From Patescibacteria group bacterium (GTDB lineage: Bacteria; Patescibacteriota; CPR2; UBA1875; CAIMLA01), in NCBI GenBank assembly GCA_041738615.1, contig JBGSPL010000002.1, positions 76,654 to 114,149 of the forward strand: a DNA stretch of 37,496 nt, in the 5' to 3' direction. The notes beneath the pieces were generated by a model. The model was not told the DNA's origin. It did not search any database and was given only the letters and a program-made list of their open reading frames with translations. The stretch's first letter is position 1. Each line of letters begins with the position of its first letter. A program made the position numbers and the translations under genes. Shown in pieces: positions 1-8,381 of the stretch.

Positions 1-289
1 CAAAAACTGCCACGAGGTCGTTTGGTGGGACATTGGCTGCCCCAAAACCGGACAATAAAAGAGAGGAGGCCTTGCTTGTCATATATATACTTGCGGAGTA
101 CATAATCCCCTTGCTAAAGATATTTATTGCCAAGTTTGCCACAAGCAGAACAACCAGAAAGCCTTCAAAAAATAAAATAGAAGTCTCTGCAAAAGAAGCA
201 AAGTTTTCTGGAAGGTAGGCGAGTCGAAAAAGAGGGTGAAGCTCACCCTCTTTTTGTTTGATCATGTAATGTTGCTTTAACTTTTCCAT
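1..289 (-). CDS. membrane protein, N-terminal part (gene continues past left edge)
   Basis: Absent from the ORF track because it has no stop in the window. The minus frame is open from ATG 289..287 (AGGA about 7 nt upstream) to position 2: MEKLKQHYMIKQKEGELHPLFRLAYLPENFASFAETSILFFEGFLVVLLVANLAINIF... It has a hydrophobic helix and ordinary codons, and starts 28 nt after the stop of the upstream gene. The competing plus ORF 33..218 is rich in ATA/AGA/AGG codons. Confidence 0.5.
   Translation of the reverse strand, partial: MEKLKQHYMIKQKEGELHPLFRLAYLPENFASFAETSILFFEGFLVVLLVANLAINIFSKGIMYSASIYMTSKASSLLLSGFGAANVPPNDLVAVF
227..255. terminator. terminator-like hairpin inside the 1..289 ORF
   Basis: 9-bp stem AGAGGGTGA (231-239) / TCACCCTCT (243-251) with a 3-nt loop, flanked by an A-run and a T-run, so it looks like a bidirectional intrinsic terminator. 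It lies 60 nt downstream of the 318..584 gene but within the open frame of the next gene. Confidence 0.35.
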
Positions 290-317
290 GATATTCCTAA
301 CCTACGTGGTGATGTTG

Positions 318-584
318 CTAACGAAGAACCTTGAGCAATTTCAAGATACCAATTAAGACGACGGACCCCAAGATGGCCCAGAAGAAGCCTACCAGGCTAA
401 AGTTCCCGGAAGTAAAAGCACTTCCAAACCCGAGAACTGAGCCAAAAAGCCAGCTTCCAAGTAGTGCACCGACGACACCGATGATGATGTTTACCAGAAC
501 TCCCATTTGCTGGTCGGTCTTCATAAGCATGCTGGCCATCCAGCCAACAAGTCCCCCGACGATAAGTTCTACAATGATTCCCAT
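318..584 (-). CDS. GlsB/YeaQ/YmgE (transglycosylase-associated) family small membrane protein
   Basis: MGIIVELIVGGLVGWMASMLMK...IIGVVGALLGSWLF... is the Gly-rich 3-TM pattern typical of this family. Start trimmed from the track (620) to ATG 584, which has GGAGAAGGAG immediately upstream. Confidence 0.8.
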   Translation of the reverse strand: MGIIVELIVGGLVGWMASMLMKTDQQMGVLVNIIIGVVGALLGSWLFGSVLGFGSAFTSGNFSLVGFFWAILGSVVLIGILKLLKVLR

Positions 585-663
585 TTCTACTCCTTCTCCG
601 ACACTGCGGTCGGAACCCAACTCTCGTTCTACGAAATGTCGGGTAGTTAATTATTTTTTAAAA

Positions 664-1056
664 TTATTGGTTTTGTCTTTCCCCAGAAAGTATGGCTACT
701 AGGCTGACTATCCCCCAAGCAATTACGGCATAGACAGCAATGGCGACAAGTGTGGACGGTTCAAAAACTGCTGTCGTTTCTGCTCCCTGGCCGAAAAGAG
801 ACCTAAAGATTCCCTCGAATGGCCAAGTAAACGCACCGCTAAGGTCGTAGATAAAGCTTACGAATCCACTAGTAGCGCTCGCTCCAGATAGTTTTAGCAC
901 AAATCTGAATGCCAGTAATATCTCTACAATGCCAAACAGAAAATATACTAAATAACTTACTGTTTGTGAGCCGCTCGCATCTCTCTTGGGTGATGATTCT
1001 GTCGCCGGGACAGTGCTTGTTTCCTCGGTGGTTACTGTTTCGGTTGTTCTTTCCAT
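664..1056 (-). CDS. YggT-family membrane protein
   Basis: The core VYFLFGIVEILLAFRFVLKLSGASATSGFVSFIYDLSGAFTWPFEGIF matches my memory of the YGGT repeat. Start trimmed from 1281 to ATG 1056 (MERTTETV...), because the upstream part overlaps the well-supported 1086..2018 gene. AGAGG lies upstream. Confidence 0.7.
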   Translation of the reverse strand: MERTTETVTTEETSTVPATESSPKRDASGSQTVSYLVYFLFGIVEILLAFRFVLKLSGASATSGFVSFIYDLSGAFTWPFEGIFRSLFGQGAETTAVFEPSTLVAIAVYAVIAWGIVSLVAILSGERQNQ

Positions 1057-1085
1057 TGGTGACCTCTTTTCGCTTTGTTTATAAA

Positions 1086-2018
1086 CTATTGGTATTTTTT
1101 TGCTTGGGATACTAGCAGAGTGAAAGAGCCAGCGATCACTAGGCCTAGCACGAGTGTTAGCCCAAAATCGTTTACTTTTTCGGGACCTGTACCGGTCCTG
1201 GGCAGAGTCGTGGCAGTTGTGACATTCTCCGTTGAAACGGTGCTTGCAGTGTTCACGGTGCTTGTAGATGGCGACAAACAAGAAGAACCAGTGAAGGTAT
1301 TGTTATCGAGCGTCACCGCACCAGTCTGTGCCAAAGCGCGCCCGGCTAGGATTGCACCTGTATCCATACTAATGGAAGTGAGTGCCAGTATGTTTCCAAT
1401 AAATGTTGTGTTTGTGCCGAGAGAAGCAGAACTGGCGACCTTCCACCAAACATTACATGGCGAGCCAATCCCGTTAAGGAATTGGACAGTCGGATCATCA
1501 GTTTCGCCCGTAGATGTAATTAACGTACTTAATTCTGCTCGGAAAATCCAGACTGCACCAGGGTCACCCTGAGCGTCCAAGGTAAGCATTCCAGATAATT
1601 GAAACGCATTTGCACAGTAGACCCCAGGGATAAGTGTCAACCCTTCCAGTTCTTTTGTAACGGCTCCGTAGTCTTGGCCGCTGCACGCTACATTGGGCGC
1701 AGCACTAAGCGCGAGATATGCTGCGGTGTTAGCATTCTGAGCCGCCAGCGAGTCTCCTGCGTTGCGGATATTCCCTGGAGGCCCAACAAGGCCAGGCGGG
1801 AAACCAGTTGGGGATCCGCCTATACTTATACCGATATCGCCGGGCATAGTGGTAGCACCAGTGTTAGTTACTGTTGTATGCCCAAGAACCGAGTAACTTC
1901 CCGCTGCACTGAGTGTAGGAGAGGTGGCCGCAAAAACCTTTGTGGCTGGGCCGGCTACAAAGAGCAGAGCCGCTATAGGGAGTGCAAGAACAATCGGAAA
2001 CTTGCTCAAAAATTTCAT
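1086..2018 (-). CDS. secreted DUF3494 (ice-binding-like beta-solenoid) protein with C-terminal LPXTG sortase anchor
   Basis: Signal peptide MKFLSKFPIVLALPIAALLFVAGPATKVFA. DUF3494-type motifs: VLGHTTVTNTG, TGFPPG, LTLIPGVYC, LTLDAQGDPGAVWIF, CNVWWKVASSASLGTNTTFIGNILA, GRALAQTGAVTLDNNT. C-terminus has LPRTG, then a hydrophobic helix, then KKYQ. Confidence 0.85.
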   Translation of the reverse strand: MKFLSKFPIVLALPIAALLFVAGPATKVFAATSPTLSAAGSYSVLGHTTVTNTGATTMPGDIGISIGGSPTGFPPGLVGPPGNIRNAGDSLAAQNANTAAYLALSAAPNVACSGQDYGAVTKELEGLTLIPGVYCANAFQLSGMLTLDAQGDPGAVWIFRAELSTLITSTGETDDPTVQFLNGIGSPCNVWWKVASSASLGTNTTFIGNILALTSISMDTGAILAGRALAQTGAVTLDNNTFTGSSCLSPSTSTVNTASTVSTENVTTATTLPRTGTGPEKVNDFGLTLVLGLVIAGSFTLLVSQAKKYQ

Positions 2019-2110
2019 ACCGCCTTCTTTCTATTCAGTTTATTAGCACTTTCTGATAATTATATTATACTCTCTCTTGTCAACTTTTGCTTTGATGATG
2101 GGAATTCAAG

Positions 2111-2140
2111 CACAAAAGAGGCCCCAAATGGGCCTCTTCT
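2111..2140 (-). terminator. intrinsic terminator downstream of rpoD
   Basis: 9-bp stem AAGAGGCCC (2116-2124) / GGGCCTCTT (2130-2138) with a 5-nt loop. On the minus strand it is followed by TTTTGTG. Located 42 nt after the rpoD stop. Confidence 0.7.
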
Positions 2141-2181
2141 TAGATCCTGAAACTGGTTCAGGATGACATAATCCTTGGGTC

Positions 2182-3258
2182 TTAGTATAGGTAATCGCGG
2201 AGCTTTTTGCTCTCACGGTGCTTCTTGAGTTTTTGTAGAGCCTTGCTCTCGATCTGACGGATACGCTCGCGAGTAACGCCAAATTCTTGTCCCGTCTCCT
2301 CCAAAGTATGGGCACGTCCATCGTCCAGGCCGAAACGCATACGAAGGATACGTTGCTCACGCGGAGTCAGAAGCTGGAGAACGTCACTGATATTCTCTTT
2401 TAGTAACTGGTAGGTAGCAGCTTCCTCAGGGGTAATAGAGTCTCGGTCTTCGATAAAGTCAGCAAGACGAGAATCTTCCTCTTCTCCTACTGGAGCCTCG
2501 ATAGAAACTGTATCTTCCTTGATTTTTAGGATATAGTTTACCTTTTCTGTTTCGATACCCATTTCTAGCGCAATTTCCTCTGGCAAAGGCTCACGCCCAA
2601 GCTCCTGAAGAAGACGACGCTGTGTACGGATAAGCTTATTGATGGTCTCGACCATGTGTACTGGGATACGAATGGTACGTGCCTGGTCGGCAATAGCGCG
2701 CGTAATCGCCTGACGTATCCACCAAGTAGCGTAGGTAGAAAACTTAAATCCCTTGGTATGGTCAAACTTTACAACGGCACGAAGCAAGCCAGTATTCCCT
2801 TCCTGGATAAGGTCCAGAAGGTCGAGGCCACGGCCGATGTATTTCTTGGCAATCGAAACTACGAGACGCATGTTTGCCTCGGCAAGGCGCTTCTTCGCTT
2901 GCTTGTCGCCAAGTAGTATTTTCTTTGCAAGATCGATCTCTTCCTGCTGAGTAAGGAGAGGGATCTTTCCGATTTCACGTAGGTACATACGCACAGAGTC
3001 GTCTGCGAGTTCGGAGATATCATCAAAAGTAGTATCTACGGCTTCTTCGCCTTCCTCACCCCAGATCATCTTTTCACGGTTATCGAGAACTTCTATTCCT
3101 TGTTCCGCAAGAGTGGCATACAGCTCATCGAGTTTCTCGATATTATCTTCTACGTCTGGGAAGCGTCCCAAAATCTCTTCTTGTGTTACGAATCCCTGTT
3201 CGCGCCCCTTGGCAACGAGGGCTTCTACTGCTTTATCAAAATCAACCTCTTTGGCCAT
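2182..3258 (-). CDS. rpoD: RNA polymerase primary sigma factor (sigma-70)
   Basis: Regions 1.2-4.2 are recognisable ([60 protein letters not shown]...[20 protein letters not shown]). AAGGAG lies 5 nt upstream of the ATG. Confidence 0.97.
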   Translation of the reverse strand: MAKEVDFDKAVEALVAKGREQGFVTQEEILGRFPDVEDNIEKLDELYATLAEQGIEVLDNREKMIWGEEGEEAVDTTFDDISELADDSVRMYLREIGKIPLLTQQEEIDLAKKILLGDKQAKKRLAEANMRLVVSIAKKYIGRGLDLLDLIQEGNTGLLRAVVKFDHTKGFKFSTYATWWIRQAITRAIADQARTIRIPVHMVETINKLIRTQRRLLQELGREPLPEEIALEMGIETEKVNYILKIKEDTVSIEAPVGEEEDSRLADFIEDRDSITPEEAATYQLLKENISDVLQLLTPREQRILRMRFGLDDGRAHTLEETGQEFGVTRERIRQIESKALQKLKKHRESKKLRDYLY

Positions 3259-3275
3259 GAGTCTCCTTGTAGTAG

Positions 3276-5036
3276 TTATATGTTACGTTCTTCTTCTATT
3301 AGTTCTTGAAACTTTTGTAGTAGCTCCGTTTGGAGCTTCTTGTCGCCACCTTTTTCGGCAGCTGCAAGACGCTCGTTGAGCTGTTTTTTGCGAATGTCCA
3401 ATAACTGATGTTTGAGTCGGACGACTGAGTAGAATATTTCTTCCCCGAGCAGTTCGTCATCTGCATCAGCAAAGTTGTCTTCCGAGCGCAAGATGAGCTG
3501 GTTGACGTATTTAGTTGTGGGTTCGTCCAGACTGTTCATCCAGCCCTTTATATCAAACGAACCCTTTGTATCAAATTGTTTGTGAATACTGTCTAGCAGA
3601 GAGTGTACTGGTACTTCGGTGAAGTCGTCTACAGACAACTTATTGAAGAAAAACTCAACATACTGTGGCAGTAATAGCAGCATGGACAGAGCATGCTCTT
3701 CACGACTTTCCTTGTGCCTAGCGGGAGTCTTGGCGACTTCCTTTTTTGCGAGACCAGAGCTTCTCAATGCCGCCGGCTTTGCTCGGGTAAGGGCACCTTG
3801 AAGTGCGTTTAGACTTACTCCCACGCGGGCGGATAATAGATTGAGGTAATGCTCTTTCTCGACTGGGTCCCCAAGCTTTTTGATCGTCTCAAGTAACTCT
3901 TTGGTTGCTTGTTTCTTGTCTAGAATATTGGAAATGTCGTATTTTTCGAAGGTGCTGTCAAAGATGTAGTCTACCACATATTTTGCCTTTCGGCAAGCCT
4001 CTACCCACTTCTTGGGGTCGTTCTTCACAAGGTCCGCCGGGTCTTTTCCTTCTGGCACAGCAATAACTTTGATATTAAACTCGCGCTCCCACGCAAGCTC
4101 GATAGCGCGGCGTGTCGCATTTTGTCCCGCCATATCGACGTCGAAGGCCATCTTTATATTCTTTGTAAACCTCTTTATTAGGTCTAGCTGATGATCTGTC
4201 ATCGCAGTTCCGCTGGTGGCTACTACGTTCTTGATGCCAGCCTGGTAGGAAAAGATGGCATCCATTTGACCCTCTACCATGATGATATGATCTTGTTTTC
4301 TTACCTGCTCTTTGGCTTTGTCGAAGCAGAAAAGCACGTCAGACTTGTGATAAATTGGTGTTTCGGGAGTGTTGATATATTTCGGTAAGCTGTCGTCTAA
4401 TACACGAGCTGTAAAGGCGACGATTTTCCCGCTAGGATTCATGATAGGGAAGGTGATGCGGTTAAAGAATTGGTCCAATGTTCGTCCATTGCGATCCTTG
4501 GCAACACCAGCTTTCGCGAGCTCCTCCTTAGTGAATCCTAAACTTGTCAGCTCCCGAACGATGATGTCACCAGCCGATGGTGCAAAACCGAGGCGGAAAA
4601 GCTTGATGGTGCTGTCTTCCATGCCGCGTTTACGTAAATATTCTAAAACCGACTTATTCTCCTTGGACCAGAGCTGTTTTTCGTAAATCTCGGAGGTAGA
4701 GTTGTTGGCCTCGTAGAGTCTATCTGTAGGTTCCTTTTTGTAATTCCCGTAATCAGGAAGTTTGACTCCTGCCTTTTCGGCAAGCTCCTTTAGCGCAGAG
4801 GGAAAGTCGACACCCTCGATCTCTTGAACAAAGGAAACAATGTCGCCACCCTTGCCGCAGCCGAAACAATGGAAGATTTGCTTGTCCGAGCTCACCATGA
4901 AGGAGCCTGTTTTCTCATTATGAAAAGGACACAGGCCCTTGAAGTTGCGGCCAGCTTGCTTGAGCGGTACATATTTACCAATATATTCGACTATATCTAG
5001 CCGGTTTTTGATTTCTTCTAGTTCAGTCAAATCCAC
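3276..5036 (-). CDS. dnaG: DNA primase
   Basis: Zinc-ribbon [14 protein letters not shown]...[11 protein letters not shown] and TOPRIM ([12 protein letters not shown]... [10 protein letters not shown]). GTG start. The stop is 17 nt upstream of the rpoD start, giving a dnaG-rpoD operon. Confidence 0.95.
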   Translation of the reverse strand: MDLTELEEIKNRLDIVEYIGKYVPLKQAGRNFKGLCPFHNEKTGSFMVSSDKQIFHCFGCGKGGDIVSFVQEIEGVDFPSALKELAEKAGVKLPDYGNYKKEPTDRLYEANNSTSEIYEKQLWSKENKSVLEYLRKRGMEDSTIKLFRLGFAPSAGDIIVRELTSLGFTKEELAKAGVAKDRNGRTLDQFFNRITFPIMNPSGKIVAFTARVLDDSLPKYINTPETPIYHKSDVLFCFDKAKEQVRKQDHIIMVEGQMDAIFSYQAGIKNVVATSGTAMTDHQLDLIKRFTKNIKMAFDVDMAGQNATRRAIELAWEREFNIKVIAVPEGKDPADLVKNDPKKWVEACRKAKYVVDYIFDSTFEKYDISNILDKKQATKELLETIKKLGDPVEKEHYLNLLSARVGVSLNALQGALTRAKPAALRSSGLAKKEVAKTPARHKESREEHALSMLLLLPQYVEFFFNKLSVDDFTEVPVHSLLDSIHKQFDTKGSFDIKGWMNSLDEPTTKYVNQLILRSEDNFADADDELLGEEIFYSVVRLKHQLLDIRKKQLNERLAAAEKGGDKKLQTELLQKFQELIEEERNI

Positions 5037-5050
5037 CTCTGTTTGACCGC

Positions 5051-5079
5051 ATTATAGCGCAAATCAGCCGCTAATTGAA
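5051..5079 (-). promoter_or_regulatory. candidate sigma-70 promoter of dnaG-rpoD
   Basis: On the minus strand: TTCAAT (5079..5074), 17 nt, TATAAT (5056..5051). It lies 14 nt upstream of the dnaG GTG, directly after the stop of the upstream gene. Confidence 0.4.
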
Positions 5080-5084
5080 GATAT

Positions 5085-5594
5085 TTAGGAGAATAGTTCG
5101 AACCTGTCGTGGGCGACGCCGCAGATGGGGCAGATCTCAGGTGCTTTATCGCGGGCACAAAGGTAACCGCAGACGGTACAGCGCCATATAGGAAGATTGC
5201 TTCCTAATTTTGAATTTCGAATCTCGAGTTTCGAATTGTCAGTTGCCATTTCTTGCCTCATTACTTTAGGTTTACGTCTTTCCGGAATCGGTTTTAAAGT
5301 TTGTTTACCTTCAGTTATCGCTTTGTTTACGTAAAGACCGCAGTAACAGGCCCCAAAGTCTGTAAGGTCGGCATCCCTGTAGTCACATGGGCAGATGATG
5401 TCGAGGTCTTCTGTTCGCTTACCGGTCGCAAGCCTACAAGGGCAGGCCTGGTACCCATATCGTTCCTCATTTACCATCAGGCTTTCTAAGAGCGCTTTGG
5501 TAAAGTCGAGATCGGGATTTAGAAAGTAGCCTCGCTTATCTGCGAGGGATTTAAGCCCAGAGTAGAGGTTATTGGTTTTATCGGCATCTGCCAT
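5085..5594 (-). CDS. ferredoxin-thioredoxin-reductase catalytic-subunit-like domain fused to a C-terminal rubredoxin domain
   Basis: CPC...CPC...CYC cluster/disulfide motif (YQACPCRLATGK...IICPCDYRD...GACYCGLY) followed by a rubredoxin knuckle pair WRCTVCGY...CPICGV. The linker carries the heptamer repeat. Confidence 0.85.
   Translation of the reverse strand: MADADKTNNLYSGLKSLADKRGYFLNPDLDFTKALLESLMVNEERYGYQACPCRLATGKRTEDLDIICPCDYRDADLTDFGACYCGLYVNKAITEGKQTLKPIPERRKPKVMRQEMATDNSKLEIRNSKLGSNLPIWRCTVCGYLCARDKAPEICPICGVAHDRFELFS
5206..5237 (-). repeat. AATTCGA heptamer array (4.6 units) in-frame in the FTR-rubredoxin linker
   Basis: The sense (minus) strand reads AATTCGA AACTCGA GATTCGA AATTCAA AATT and encodes DNSKLEIRNSKLG. 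Confidence 0.7.
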
Positions 5595-5890
5595 TATCTA
5601 CTTATACACTCGCGAATATTATCTTCTTCAAATCCAAGGATTACCTTCTCGCCATCGTTGAAAACAAAAGTAGGGAAGGAAGTGCTGGGGTTGTACTTGT
5701 GCATTTCCTTCATCACTTCCTCACCAGCATCGCCCTCTACTAGGTCAACATCGACATAGTCGTATGCGACGCCGAGCGCACTCAGGAGTGCCTTGGTCTT
5801 GCGGCACCAAATACAGGTGGAGAGGGTAAACATGAGTATTTTACCTTTATCTTCGCCTTCAACGTGAGTAATATTTTCTGAGTATGACAT
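5594..5890 (-). CDS. glutaredoxin/thioredoxin-fold protein (CxxC = CIWC)
   Basis: FTLSTCIWCRKTKALL... with a cis-Pro region TSFPTFVF. GGAG RBS. Its TAA stop shares one base with the ATG of the FTR-like gene (TAATG). Confidence 0.85.
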   Translation of the reverse strand: MSYSENITHVEGEDKGKILMFTLSTCIWCRKTKALLSALGVAYDYVDVDLVEGDAGEEVMKEMHKYNPSTSFPTFVFNDGEKVILGFEEDNIRECISR

Positions 5891-5917
5891 AGTCTATCTC
5901 CGTTAGCTTTATACTAA

Positions 5918-6526
5918 TTATACTCTATCCAGGGTGGCCCCGATGGATTTGATAATAGTGAGTACATGTGGCCAATCACTTGCGACCAACAGATTGTCGT
6001 GTTTTTTATCGTTTTCATTGTATGGCGTTTTGAAGTATATGGTAGGGATTCCTTGTTCGGCACATTCATTTGCAAACATGTGATCATCATCGACTATGAC
6101 GTCTGCCCCGTGCTCAAAGCAAATTTGTGACTTAGAAAAATGGTTAGGATGGTCTGATGGTAGATTGGAGTTTGTGAACAGGACTTCGTCTATCAGCCCG
6201 GGATACTCTTTCTGTAGCCAAATTTCGGTCTTCTCTCTTGTCGTCTCTGGGCGACCGGTAATCGCGATTATTCTGTTCCCTGATTTTAGGGTTGTCAGTA
6301 CTTCTCTCGCACCATCTATAGGCAAAGCTTCATCACAATATGATGAATTGTAATATTGTAAAAATAGTTCCCAATGTCCTTCCGGTGTGGTGTGGAAGAG
6401 GTCATATAATCGGTTGCTTTTGATGTCTTCTCGATTAACGGAATAGCCAAGTTCTGCGGTCGTAAAGTCGACAAAACTGCCTATAAAGTCAAAGAGAACA
6501 TTATCGATATCGACTGCTATAACCAA
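5918..6526 (-). CDS. HAD-superfamily 5'(3')-deoxyribonucleotidase-like phosphatase
   Basis: N-terminal DxD motif (IAVDIDNVLFDF), ITGRP, and C-terminal VIVDDD. TTG start taken from the track, with no clear RBS. Confidence 0.7.
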   Translation of the reverse strand: MVIAVDIDNVLFDFIGSFVDFTTAELGYSVNREDIKSNRLYDLFHTTPEGHWELFLQYYNSSYCDEALPIDGAREVLTTLKSGNRIIAITGRPETTREKTEIWLQKEYPGLIDEVLFTNSNLPSDHPNHFSKSQICFEHGADVIVDDDHMFANECAEQGIPTIYFKTPYNENDKKHDNLLVASDWPHVLTIIKSIGATLDRV

Positions 6527-6542
6527 TGGAGTAACCCTGGCA

Positions 6543-6899
6543 TTACTTTTGCTCCTCTACTTCCTCAAAGTTTAGACGGAAGCCATAGCCGTGCTTTTGG
6601 AATCCCAGCTTCTCGTACCAGGCGTGGACTTTTTCTCGAGTGAAACGACTGTCTGCAAGTAGTTTGTAGCATCCTTCCTCTTTGGCGAGCTCTATTACTT
6701 TATTTACGAGCTCAGTACCTAGACCTCCGCCACGGTATTCTGGTTCCACGCGAACATCGGCAAGCAGCCCATACTTCTTACCCCTATTGGGATTAGTGAG
6801 GACGTAAAGGATGGCGATCCCCATCTCTTCTCCGCCTTCAGAGACTGTGACCATGATGCCTTCTGCAGGTACGCTCGAACGGCTATACTTGTGAGTCAT
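6543..6899 (-). CDS. short GNAT-family N-acetyltransferase
   Basis: Acetyl-CoA motif A (VEPEYRGGGLGTELVNKVIELAKEEG) and the C-terminal WYEKLGF. At 118 aa it is N-terminally short for a GNAT. It overlaps the upstream gene by 17 nt. Confidence 0.75.
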   Translation of the reverse strand: MTHKYSRSSVPAEGIMVTVSEGGEEMGIAILYVLTNPNRGKKYGLLADVRVEPEYRGGGLGTELVNKVIELAKEEGCYKLLADSRFTREKVHAWYEKLGFQKHGYGFRLNFEEVEEQK

Positions 6900-8058
6900 T
6901 ACTTTTTCCTTTCTTGAAGTGATTCATATCAGTATAAAAATCTTTCAGCTCTGAAACCTGCCAGACCAGTAACATGTTTACGGTAAGAATCAGCATAAAG
7001 ATAACAATTAGTGAGCTTCCACCGAGAAAGATACCACCCAGGGTCGCGACAATACAGGCTCCAATTATCGTGATTATGTTATCCATCGCGACACCTACTA
7101 CCGCGTCGCCAATCCTACCCATAGGGTTTACGGTAAATTTGTAGACTACTATCATTTCGGCTAGACATCCGATGATCCCAGCAACGGTGCCGCCTATAAC
7201 TACAGGAATTTGGAATAGGATGCAGGCGTGGTTTACGGCCTCGACCATCGTTTCGGCAGTCATAAATATCGACCCGGCACAGATAGCAAGAAACACCCAG
7301 ATGACGGCTGTTGGGAATTTCTCAAAATAGTTATCGTGCATCCCGAAATCCTCGCTGTAGTTTTTACTGAACCTTACTAGGATGGCGGCAGCTATCAGCA
7401 GTACGGCAAGGCCAATCAGGGGTTTTAGTCCATAAAGTTCACCGGTAAACCCAGCTGGGGCAACAGAGCGTCCAAAGAGAACCATAAGGATGGCAATCAT
7501 CGCGGTAAGTACACTGAGAGAAGCAATGATGCGGATGGAGGTATTTACTTCGATCAGGTTTGGCCGACATTCATGATCATCCATCGGTTTGAGCGTCGCT
7601 TTGCCGAAAATAGGCAAAAACTTGATTTCCTGATGTTTCTTGTTTGCTCTGTTTTGGCGGAAAATGCAGTACGCTGCGAAACCTATGTTATAAATGTTGG
7701 AACCGAAAGTTGCACTGGCGGCAATTATCGCGTAGCTGATGGCAAGTGCGTAATTGGTACTAATAGTCTGGATGCTCATAAGAGCTGCCGTAACCCCCAC
7801 AATCATGTCGGGTAAAGCGGTCCCGACGGCCTGGATAAGCCCACCAGCAAGGCCGGTGCGTTTTCGCAAGACTGCGGTCGTTTCCTCGATAATCTCTGAA
7901 ATCAAGAAAATGATGTAAGTACCGACACCGAGAGCAATCAGGATAGCCGTTATAGAGTACAATCTGCTTTCGTTCTCTATGAAGGCAAAATCTACGAAAC
8001 GCAGGGCTAGCGAAGCTGCAACTATAGTAAATATCTGGACCACGAATTTATTTTTCAT
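6883..8058 (-). CDS. polytopic membrane protein, CaCA (Na+/Ca2+ exchanger)-like
   Basis: About 10 hydrophobic helices. Two alpha-repeat-like motifs are present, GLIQAVGTALPDM and GIIGCLAEM; the second is degenerate, so the family assignment is tentative. Confidence 0.55.
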   Translation of the reverse strand: MKNKFVVQIFTIVAASLALRFVDFAFIENESRLYSITAILIALGVGTYIIFLISEIIEETTAVLRKRTGLAGGLIQAVGTALPDMIVGVTAALMSIQTISTNYALAISYAIIAASATFGSNIYNIGFAAYCIFRQNRANKKHQEIKFLPIFGKATLKPMDDHECRPNLIEVNTSIRIIASLSVLTAMIAILMVLFGRSVAPAGFTGELYGLKPLIGLAVLLIAAAILVRFSKNYSEDFGMHDNYFEKFPTAVIWVFLAICAGSIFMTAETMVEAVNHACILFQIPVVIGGTVAGIIGCLAEMIVVYKFTVNPMGRIGDAVVGVAMDNIITIIGACIVATLGGIFLGGSSLIVIFMLILTVNMLLVWQVSELKDFYTDMNHFKKGKSNDSQV

Positions 8059-8095
8059 GCTTACTATTTTATAACGTAGAAGCTTTCAATACTAG

Positions 8096-8118
8096 AAAAT
8101 CCCAGCAAGCTGGGATTT
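8096..8118 (-). terminator. intrinsic terminator after tRNA-Ser
   Basis: 9-bp stem AAATCCCAG / CTGGGATTT with loop CAAG. The minus strand continues as a T-run (GGGATTTTCTAG). Confidence 0.6.
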
Positions 8119-8128
8119 GTAGTCTATT

Positions 8129-8217
8129 TGGCGGAGAGGAAGGGATTCGAACCCTTGATACCTTGCGGTATACACGCTTTCCAAGCGTGCGCACTAGGCC
8201 AACTATGCGACCTCTCC
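8129..8217 (-). tRNA. tRNA-Ser (anticodon GGA), CCA encoded
   Basis: Folded by hand. Acceptor GGAGAGG/CCTCTCC, 3-bp D stem, anticodon stem CACGC/GCGTG with loop TTGGAAA (GGA), long variable arm ATACC-GCAA-GGTAT, T arm AAGGG-TTCGAAT-CCCTT, discriminator G, CCA. 89 nt. Confidence 0.9.
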
Positions 8218-8333
8218 ACGTCAGCGTAAGCTGACGTGCTACATAGATTGATAGAATCAACTATTTCGCACTTTCGCTACGCTTCCTCTTCCGATAACAA
8301 CAATAAAGTCGTTATTATCGGGTCACGAGGAAT

Positions 8334-8366
8334 ACAAAAACAAGGTACAGTATACCTTGTTTTTGT
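8334..8366. terminator. bidirectional terminator hairpin downstream of PGI
   Basis: Core stem CAAGGTA / TACCTTG extends to 14 bp through A/T runs, so T-runs follow on both strands. Located 16 nt after the PGI stop. Confidence 0.6.
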
Positions 8367-8381
8367 ATTTTTTTGAAGGTT

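Noticed and set aside
33-218. Plus-strand 61-aa track ORF (open from the window start) ending just before the 227-255 hairpin.
   Set aside because: It is rich in ATA/AGA/AGG codons and not protein-like. The antisense frame encodes a convincing membrane protein with ATG and RBS at 289. It is kept only as an alternative in the hairpin finding.
664-1281. Long N-terminal extensions in track ORFs (664..1281, 318..620, 9366..9992, 11648..13084, 15632..16108, 33922..35043).
   Set aside because: The extensions are Arg/His/Cys-rich or overlap neighbouring genes. In each case an internal ATG has a strong SD and gives the family-typical N-terminus, so the starts were trimmed.
2064-2083. TTGACA plus tandem TATAAT boxes upstream of the DUF3494 gene (minus strand).
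   Set aside because: The spacing between TTGACA and either TATAAT is only 8 or 13 nt, so this is not a canonical promoter. A -10-only promoter remains possible but is unsupported.
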